NCBI GenBank assembly: GCA_051532035.1
Contig: JAOPTW010000028.1
Span: 4,874 to 22,420 of the forward strand
Source of the DNA: Fibrobacterales bacterium
Lineage (GTDB): Bacteria; Fibrobacterota; Fibrobacteria; Fibrobacterales; JAOPTW01
Direction: 5' to 3'
Length of the DNA stretch: 17,547 bases
In this document: piece by piece, positions 8,677-15,329 of the stretch
How positions within the stretch are numbered: the first letter of the stretch is position 1
Layout of the letters: every line of letters begins with the position of its first letter
Notes under the pieces: generated by a model
Database searches by the model: none
Seen by the model: the letters and a program-made list of their open reading frames with translations, nothing else
Told to the model about the DNA's origin: nothing
Translations under genes and position numbers: made by a program

Positions 8677-8726
8677 CCAGTCTTTTGGGCATCCAAAAGG
8701 TCTGGCCGCTCCAAGCCGGCGCTTGG
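8677..8726. repeat. Two adjacent hairpins (REP-like or terminator-like structured element)
   Basis: ccagtcttttgg-gcat-ccaaaaggtctgg (8677-8705) and ccaagc-cggc-gcttgg (8711-8726), about 40 bp beyond the SGNH gene stop. Confidence 0.5.
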
Positions 8727-8768
8727 GAATCATAGTTAAAAAACAAAAATTCAAACTATTAAGAATCG

Positions 8769-10496
8769 TTAAAAAACCGTAAATGAATGTATTTCTTTAA
8801 ATGCATTGTTTTGTGCGATTACAAAATAGATACCGGGTTTCAGTGCAGAGGTATTAAGGTATGCACTACCATTCCGTTGTTTGAGCTCGGATATTCGTTG
8901 ACCATGTACACTCATAACGGTAAGTGAATTTAACTGAGTGGGTTCTTCTATTGTAATGGTAATTGAGCTTTCCATAACAGTGAGATTTAGATTGCGACGG
9001 GTAGTTACTGCCCCTAGGGGACTAATGTAATCCTGAGAACTCTCCGATTCTAGGCTCGATGAGTCGTATACCGATGATGGGGATTCTTCTGATGATGACG
9101 ATGTCTGATCTTCGGAAGAGGAGCTGGGCTCAGAAGAGAGTGCACTACTCATTACTTCATACATAGAACTCACTTCTTCTGAGGAACTGATCTCTTCAGA
9201 AGATTCATTTGAAAATGTGTAGTAATTGTTTGAAGTAACGGTATTTAAACTCTGCGCATAGTTTACTAAAGCGGTTTCAGTAATGAGTCCTTCTCCATTG
9301 AGTGGTGCATACAGTTCAAGGCTCGATTGTATCAGAATTCCTGAATGCATATCAGCAATTTGGTTGGTGTTTAATCCGGCCCGGTGGAAGTACCAATTTC
9401 GAACATCCATTGTTTCAGGGGCATTTGAATGTCCAATAGTAACTCTCGTTGGGGAGAGGTACGTATCATTGAGGATGCCTTGTTCATCTCCATCTACATA
9501 GAGATACGTGCGTCCAATGGTGTGGTAATGGGTTATGGTGAGAGTATGCCATGCGCCATCAGTAACTGAGGTGTGGCCTACAATACCACTTTGAGCAAAC
9601 TCCACATTTCCTTGAGCATTAATGATTAATGGATAGGAATCAGCGCCATTGATAATCTCTAATAGGGTACCTGATGCTGTTGTTCTCATATCAATTGTTG
9701 TCGCGAAAGAGTGTGTCAGAGCTTCTGGAGAAAATTCAATGATAGTGTTGGGCACCATGGTTACATGGGTTGTCGATTGTGTCATCGGTATTGGCTTTTG
9801 TGCATGCAGCGCTTCAAAAAGTGATGGTACCACTGCAGTAGACATTTCTAAATACCCTCTATCGTTGGGGTGACCATCATCATATTGATACCATGATCCC
9901 CATTGTCCCAGTGTGTTGTCGAGAGCACCGAGAACATTAATACTGGGTACATCCAGGCTATTAATCCATGCATTCATATCTTTTGTTTTAGTATACATCC
10001 CATCATTCATGCCACCATTAGAATAATTGGTAGCTATTATTGGTATCATTCCCTGTTCATGGGTTTTTGAAATAATTTGGTTCATGCCGTTTTTAAAACT
10101 TTCAGCATTATACCCTTCGTTAGCCTGAGAAAGGCAGTACACAACATACTTTGAACATTCCGAGAGTAAATCATTTTCCCAACGGTTAAGAACTTTCGAG
10201 GTGTTATCACCAGAGATAGAGACATTAGAAACGTACCAATCCTCTCCTGAGCCTTCATTAAAACGGGTGTCGAGCATGGTTGCAACGTTGTAGACCCATC
10301 CTTTTCTGAGGTCTGTATAGCTGGCATAATAATCCCAATTATTGGGGGCTTCACTCGCACGTAACCCATAACATACTGAAGACCCCATAAAGGCAATTTT
10401 ATGATCATCAACTTCGCCACAGTTACGTGTTTCTGAAATTTCCTCAGAATGTGCACTCGTTATATACATTAGAAAACTTAGAATAATAAACTTCAT
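8769..10496 (-). CDS. Secreted SGNH/GDSL hydrolase + LamG/concanavalin-like domain + Ser/Glu-rich linker + T9SS-type C-terminal domain
   Basis: Signal peptide. SGNH blocks FMGSSV, SISGDNT, SQANEG and DDGHPN. LamG-like DGAWHTLTITH...LYVDG. Ser-rich linker, then C-terminal LTVMSVHGQRI...LKPGIYFV. AAGGA SD upstream. Confidence 0.88.
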   Translation of the reverse strand: MKFIILSFLMYITSAHSEEISETRNCGEVDDHKIAFMGSSVCYGLRASEAPNNWDYYASYTDLRKGWVYNVATMLDTRFNEGSGEDWYVSNVSISGDNTSKVLNRWENDLLSECSKYVVYCLSQANEGYNAESFKNGMNQIISKTHEQGMIPIIATNYSNGGMNDGMYTKTKDMNAWINSLDVPSINVLGALDNTLGQWGSWYQYDDGHPNDRGYLEMSTAVVPSLFEALHAQKPIPMTQSTTHVTMVPNTIIEFSPEALTHSFATTIDMRTTASGTLLEIINGADSYPLIINAQGNVEFAQSGIVGHTSVTDGAWHTLTITHYHTIGRTYLYVDGDEQGILNDTYLSPTRVTIGHSNAPETMDVRNWYFHRAGLNTNQIADMHSGILIQSSLELYAPLNGEGLITETALVNYAQSLNTVTSNNYYTFSNESSEEISSSEEVSSMYEVMSSALSSEPSSSSEDQTSSSSEESPSSVYDSSSLESESSQDYISPLGAVTTRRNLNLTVMESSITITIEEPTQLNSLTVMSVHGQRISELKQRNGSAYLNTSALKPGIYFVIAQNNAFKEIHSFTVF

Positions 10497-10611
10497 TGTG
10501 AGTTCCTTGCTATACTCTGTTTGGTGTTGATCAGAATGAGCGTGTGAATGCTATGTAATGTGTGTTTTAAAAATATCCATTTTTTTTAGAATAACAGTAT
10601 ACCAACTGAAT

Positions 10612-10641
10612 AACCAATAGTATGTGTTGACTTATGTTGAC
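10612..10641 (-). promoter_or_regulatory. Putative operator, copy A (tandem TGTTGAC, 10-bp period, plus AACCAAT)
   Basis: aaccaatagtatgtgttgacttatgttgac, 22/30 ungapped identity with 14890-14919. Lies 116 bp upstream of the SGNH start. Confidence 0.55.
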
Positions 10642-10716
10642 ATTAGGGTATCTGGGGTGCTATCAATGAGGAGTATACTCCATGTAAGTGGTGTGCATTC
10701 TGTAATATACTCATAC

Positions 10717-10754
10717 AAAAAAAGAGCGTGTTGATTTCTCAACAAGCTCTTTTT
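10717..10754 (-). terminator. Rho-independent terminator of the GH5 gene
   Basis: Minus strand reads aaaaagagc-t-tgttga-GAAA-tcaaca-c-gctc-ttttttt, 46 bp after the GH5 stop. T-runs on both sides make it possibly bidirectional. Confidence 0.85.
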
Positions 10755-10800
10755 ATCATCATCTTTTTCAAACTCAGCAAGCTATTGCCGACACGATCCA

Positions 10801-13800
10801 TTAATTAAGCGTAAACATTCCCCCATTCAATCGGAATTTGTCAAGCTTGGTGCCATCCTCACGGCGAAGAATCATCAAAGTATACTCTTGCCCCGGCGTT
10901 AAGTTATTCCACGTTGTTACATTTAACTCTTGAAATCCGGCGGTATGTACATTGTTTTGTACAGCCCAATTTGTTTTTCCTACTACCTTGTAGTAAAAGC
11001 TATCATTTGCCCCAGAACTACAGTTAACCGTTGCAAACAAAGTCACGTTAGACTGAGAGGCTGTAAACGTATAGTGGGCCTGTCCAGTAACGGCATCTCC
11101 CGCGGTGCCTGCGTAGCTACCGGTACTCGGCCACTCGATAAAGGTAACACCGCCGGCACTTAAGATTTCAAAAGGCGCAAAGGCCGTTCCAGCATTGAAA
11201 TTTTCAGCTTCAATAACCGGCCCAATTTCACAACCAGCTGCGTTAACGCTAGCCCCCGTAGACGTCGAAGGGCAAAGATCGCTTGCATCAATTACACCAT
11301 CACCATCGGTATCAGGCAGAGCACAACCCACATAATCCACAGCTACGTCAGGATCCGTCGATGGACACAGATCAATGGCATCATTAACACCATCATTATC
11401 AGTGTCTTTTTGCTCGGCAGCACAGCCATCGATATCAATAGGCGTAGTCACAGTACCTGGGCATAGATCCAATCCATCGAAAATACCGTCACTGTCTTCA
11501 TCCAGTGGGCAACCAACAGCATCAACCGTAGCGCCAGTTGGTGTACCAGGGCAGCTATCCTCTGCATCAGGTACGCCATCAGTATCAGCGTCAAATACAA
11601 TAGGTACGGCTTCAATACGAACATTAAGAATGTCGAACTCAGCCGTTCCTTCGGTATCGCGAAATTCGACGGTATTGGTACCCGGTAAGAGATTGATAGT
11701 GAAGGGACCAAATTCTCGCCCACTCGGACGGGGGCTTGCAGAACTGTTTGAAGCAATTCTATACACAAACTGATTGTTTAACCACAAGCTCATAGCGCGG
11801 CTGCTACTCGGTATAGAAATACGGGCAAAAAGCTCTGCAGTACCACCAAAGTCGCCTCCCGCTACTTCGAGCATGTAACCCGTGTTACCATTGAGGTCAA
11901 CTCCCCCCGACATTCCAGAACAATTCTTAGAACCAGTACAACCGCTCACACCCGGTCCACCAGCATCACTGGAAGCAGAATACGTTGCCGAAGGAACTAA
12001 AAGCTGTGCTATGGAGCAACCCTCATTGTTAGTATACTCATCTGTGGGTGTATTAAGGCACTGGTCAAATTCATCCGCGACGCCGTCACCGTCTTCATCT
12101 GAGAAGGTAAAACAGCCATGTTCATCGACAAAAGCACCAGCTACCGTTCCAGGGCATTGATCCAATGCATCACTCACTCCGTCACCGTCGGTATCTCTTT
12201 CACTATCTGCACACCCGTCAGTATCAATGGTCGCATTAGCAGGAGTGTTAGAACAGAGGTCATCTGAGTCCATAATGCCATCGCTATCATTGTCTCTTTG
12301 ATTGTCAGCACAGCCATTTACGTCAACGGGATTATTTGTTTGTGTGTTAGGACACTGATCTTGGAGGTCAATCACGCCATCTCTATCGGTATCTCTTTCA
12401 CTATCTGCGCAGCCGTCAGTATCAACAGGAGCATTTGCAGGAGAGTTAGGGCAGAGGTCATCTCTGTCTAAAAAGCCATCGTCATCACTGTCTCTTTGGT
12501 TGTCATCACAGCCTTCAGCGTCAACAGGATTATTTGGTTGTGTATTAGGACATTGATCATCCTGATCAGTTACGCCATCAGTATCAGCGTCAAAGACAAT
12601 AGGTACGGCTTCAACACGAACATTAAGAATGTCGAACTCAGCCGTTCCTTCGGTATCGCGAAATTCGAGGGTATTTGCACCCGGTAAGAGGTTGATAGTG
12701 AAGGGACCAAATTCTCGCCCACTTGGACGGGGGCTTGCAGAACTGTTTGAAGAAATTCTGTACACAAACTGATTGTTTAGCCAAAGGCTCATAGCGCGGC
12801 TGCTACTCGGTATAGAAATACGGGCAAAGAGCTTTGCAGTACCACCAAAATCGCCTCCCGCTACTTCGAGCATGTAACCCGTTTTACCATTGAGGTCAAC
12901 TCCCCCCGACATTCCAGAACAATTCTTAGAACCAGTACAACCACTCACACCCGGTCCACCAGCATCACTCGAAGCAGGATACGTCGCCGAAGGTGGTGTA
13001 AGCTGCGCTACTGAGCAACCATCACTGTTAGCATACTCACCCGTGGGTGTTTCAGGGCATTGATCTTCCACGTTTGGAACGCCATCGCCATCTGAGTCAT
13101 CCGTAAGTGAACATCCGGTTTCATTAACCAGTTCGCCTTCTGTTGTACTTGGGCACTCATCGAGCCCGTCAAAAATACCGTCATTGTCACTGTCGATTCC
13201 ACAACCAGATGCGTCAACATCTGATCCAACAGGAGTATTGGGACACATATCACCATCATTCATTACGCCATCAGTATCATCGTCAAGTTGAGATTGTGCG
13301 CAACCATGTGCATTAACACTGTGCCCGGCAATAGTACCATGACACAGGTCACTTCCATCAACAATACCATCGTTGTCTTCATCGAGAGGGGTGAGTGATC
13401 CAAATACTTGTGCTTCACTGAAGTTAATATACGCCTCTTTATTCATGAGCAATCTGATATAGCGTGCAGAAGCATTGATAGGGATGATAGTAGGGAAGGC
13501 CATCTCAACAGATTGCACTGATGCGTCAGTCCAGGTAGAACCATTCAGTGAATATTGAATGGTGTAGCTATCCATGCGGTTGGAACAGCAATCCATCCTA
13601 TTGAACCATTGGGTTTCGGTGACGGTATATGCAGCACCTAGATCTACCATCCACCATTCTGCAGGGCCTTCGAGACTATGGGCCAATTCAGGGTTGTAGC
13701 CGGTAACGACACCATCTACAGCTTTTGACGCATAATAAGTGGTGTGAGTACTATTCATAAAGGCGGCTTTGCCATAGGCAATATTGGTGTGGTCTACAAA

Positions 13801-14805
13801 GGATTGCCCCAGGCGCTGAAGAATCCAACGTCCTGATTCAGAAAAATCACTCGGGTACCAAGGGCCGGCGAGGTCATTATTAATAAGTGCTGCTGAGGTT
13901 TCGTTACGAACACTGAGAGACCAGTTAAACCAGCTGTAGTTGTGCGTATCGGCCCAGTCGAGCCAGCGTGCAGATTCTGCTAAATCAAGAATACCACTTC
14001 CACTTGCATCAACAGTACCAAACTCGGAAATGATGAGGGGAACATTATTCAAGCGAGCGGTGTTTCCAGCATCTCTGAGCCACTGGTCATGTGTTGCAGC
14101 ATAAAAGTGTAAGTTATAGAGAATACCGCGGCCCAGGTTAGTGGTAATTTGGTTATTGATGACATCACCAACTGATTGACTCCAGTTGGGCGTACCGACG
14201 GTAACAAGGTTGTCTGAGTAGAGTCGAATACCAGAGAGGACATGTTCGGCCCACGGTTTAATGGTATTGGAAAAGCTCACATTGAGGGGTTCATTGCCGA
14301 GCTCAAAAAGAAGGTTGTCAAAAACTCCATACTCCTGAGCTATTTCAGTAAAAAAGCTGTAGGCTTCATTGTAATATTCAGTACTCCATGGATTGGGATC
14401 ATTCAAAATATGCCAGTCAATAAGTATATATATGTCTGAGAGTATTGCGTCTTGAATGAGATCTTTCATTTTCTGGCGATACAGTGCTTTGCCGGCAGCA
14501 TCTTGATTCATGTATCCATGAGATGCTTCATAGGTATACATCGCGATACGAACGGCATTGGAACCCGTAAGAGCGACAATATTAGGGATTGTGTGTCCGA
14601 CAACCCACTCAGTGTCCCAGTTTTTCAGGTCGAGTGCACTAAATCCTTTCAGTTGATAGGGATTCCCCGATTCGTCACAGATGGTATATCCATAGTTACC
14701 TCCTTTATTAAGAACCTGTAAGTCTCCATGATCAGAAACAGGGCCTGCGAAAAGGGGTATTGCAGTAAGTATCATTGCAGTTGCAAAAATAAGTAATTGA
14801 TTCAT
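10801..14805 (-). CDS. Multimodular secreted GH5 endoglucanase (GH5_2-like): GH5, F-type lectin/F5-8C domain, 14 TSP3 repeats, two duplicated CBM-like modules and a C-terminal CBM-like module
   Basis: GH5 motifs IDWH, ELGNEP (acid/base), LHFY, ISEFG (nucleophile) and WFNWSLS. Lectin motif H-x26-RMDCCSNR. DxDxDG..D.CP repeats in blocks of 4+6+4. Start placed at ATG 14805 (MNQLLIFATAMIL..., signal peptide, GGGGA SD), giving 1334 aa. Confidence 0.92.
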   Translation of the reverse strand: MNQLLIFATAMILTAIPLFAGPVSDHGDLQVLNKGGNYGYTICDESGNPYQLKGFSALDLKNWDTEWVVGHTIPNIVALTGSNAVRIAMYTYEASHGYMNQDAAGKALYRQKMKDLIQDAILSDIYILIDWHILNDPNPWSTEYYNEAYSFFTEIAQEYGVFDNLLFELGNEPLNVSFSNTIKPWAEHVLSGIRLYSDNLVTVGTPNWSQSVGDVINNQITTNLGRGILYNLHFYAATHDQWLRDAGNTARLNNVPLIISEFGTVDASGSGILDLAESARWLDWADTHNYSWFNWSLSVRNETSAALINNDLAGPWYPSDFSESGRWILQRLGQSFVDHTNIAYGKAAFMNSTHTTYYASKAVDGVVTGYNPELAHSLEGPAEWWMVDLGAAYTVTETQWFNRMDCCSNRMDSYTIQYSLNGSTWTDASVQSVEMAFPTIIPINASARYIRLLMNKEAYINFSEAQVFGSLTPLDEDNDGIVDGSDLCHGTIAGHSVNAHGCAQSQLDDDTDGVMNDGDMCPNTPVGSDVDASGCGIDSDNDGIFDGLDECPSTTEGELVNETGCSLTDDSDGDGVPNVEDQCPETPTGEYANSDGCSVAQLTPPSATYPASSDAGGPGVSGCTGSKNCSGMSGGVDLNGKTGYMLEVAGGDFGGTAKLFARISIPSSSRAMSLWLNNQFVYRISSNSSASPRPSGREFGPFTINLLPGANTLEFRDTEGTAEFDILNVRVEAVPIVFDADTDGVTDQDDQCPNTQPNNPVDAEGCDDNQRDSDDDGFLDRDDLCPNSPANAPVDTDGCADSERDTDRDGVIDLQDQCPNTQTNNPVDVNGCADNQRDNDSDGIMDSDDLCSNTPANATIDTDGCADSERDTDGDGVSDALDQCPGTVAGAFVDEHGCFTFSDEDGDGVADEFDQCLNTPTDEYTNNEGCSIAQLLVPSATYSASSDAGGPGVSGCTGSKNCSGMSGGVDLNGNTGYMLEVAGGDFGGTAELFARISIPSSSRAMSLWLNNQFVYRIASNSSASPRPSGREFGPFTINLLPGTNTVEFRDTEGTAEFDILNVRIEAVPIVFDADTDGVPDAEDSCPGTPTGATVDAVGCPLDEDSDGIFDGLDLCPGTVTTPIDIDGCAAEQKDTDNDGVNDAIDLCPSTDPDVAVDYVGCALPDTDGDGVIDASDLCPSTSTGASVNAAGCEIGPVIEAENFNAGTAFAPFEILSAGGVTFIEWPSTGSYAGTAGDAVTGQAHYTFTASQSNVTLFATVNCSSGANDSFYYKVVGKTNWAVQNNVHTAGFQELNVTTWNNLTPGQEYTLMILRREDGTKLDKFRLNGGMFTLN
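11572..11994 (-). repeat. Intragenic duplication, copy 2 (CBM-like module)
   Basis: About 20 substitutions and no gaps over 423 bp versus 12571-12993 (offset 999 bp), counted by hand. Confidence 0.95.
12188..12583 (-). repeat. Tandem 198-bp duplication (two TSP3 units per copy)
   Basis: tcggtatctctttcactatctgc recurs at 12188 and 12386. The protein repeats DQCPNTQ.NNPVD..GC.DNQRD and DTDGCADSERDTD with a 66-aa period. Confidence 0.8.
12571..12993 (-). repeat. Intragenic duplication, copy 1 (CBM-like module)
   Basis: Partner of 11572-11994. Encodes PSATYPASSDAGGPGVSGCTGSKNCSG...RDTEGTAEFDILNVRVEAVPIVFDADTDGV. Confidence 0.95.
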
Positions 14806-14889
14806 ATGTGTCCCCAGTTGTGTATGTGTTATGACGTGTTTCCTCAAGAATAGATTATTAACCCGGACGGAGTAAAATCGGTAGATTGA

Positions 14890-14919
14890 AACCAATTATT
14901 ACTGGTGACATTTGTTGAC
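14890..14919 (-). promoter_or_regulatory. Putative operator, copy B
   Basis: aaccaattattactggtgacatttgttgac. Same orientation as copy A relative to its gene, 85 bp upstream of the GH5 start. Confidence 0.55.
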
Positions 14920-14968
14920 TTGGTTTTGTCGTTATTCATGACCAAATCTAAATCTCCTAAAATAGTCA

Positions 14969-15166
14969 ATGGATTATAGGTATCACCTCCTAATCCTCTG
15001 CGCCACACTTATCCTAAGCCTATTCGTATTTACCGGCTGTGAAGGCTGCGCCCTCGTACAAGAACCCATGGTCGATGACGTAGCGCCTCTCGATACTATT
15101 CAATACACCTACGAGTATGATGCTACAGGTATGATTCAGATCTCTTTATTCAAGGTATTCGTTTAA
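14969..15166 (+). pseudogene. Truncated lipoprotein gene (or 65-aa mini-lipoprotein)
   Basis: MDYRYHLLILCATLILSLFVFTG-C is a signal peptide with lipobox. Similarity to repeat copy 1 ends at YEYD, and the ORF stops 14 codons later. Confidence 0.65.
14988..15121 (+). repeat. Direct repeat copy 2 (134 bp)
   Basis: 129/134 identical to 1376-1509, offset 13612 bp. Confidence 0.95.
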
Positions 15167-15329
15167 CCATTTAACCATGACCATTGATTGTAAAAAGAAT
15201 CTTAGTTTCTGGTGTACTCAATTTATTCGCAAGTGTAAAATGTGTTTTGTAAAAGTTCGTATCGAACATTATGATATTAATTGAGTATAAATTTATAGTC
15301 ATATTAAATTAATTACACGAGGAGTATTT

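Noticed and set aside
8552..8782. 76-aa ORF as an independent gene
   Set aside because: It is in frame with the decayed paralog at 8207, has a GTG start without SD, runs over the hairpin cluster and overlaps the SGNH stop.
643..8782. Integron cassette array explaining the short + strand orphans
   Set aside because: No attC-like RYYYAAC...GTTRRRY inverted repeats were found after the genes and no integrase is present.
10670..10681. Perfect 12-bp palindrome ggagtatactcc
   Set aside because: It occurs once with no counterpart upstream of other genes. A few 12-bp palindromes are expected by chance in 17.5 kb.
11220..13390. Periodic DNA repeats as a CRISPR array
   Set aside because: They are degenerate, in frame and encode TSP3 peptides. 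There are no identical repeats with unique spacers and no cas genes.
14806..14895. TTG-initiated extension of the GH5 ORF
   Set aside because: The signal peptide and SD fit ATG 14805, and the extension runs into the putative regulatory motif.
1376..15121. Repeat pairs as template/variable regions of a diversity-generating retroelement
   Set aside because: The differences are not adenine-specific on one strand (A/G and T/C mixed) and no reverse transcriptase is present.
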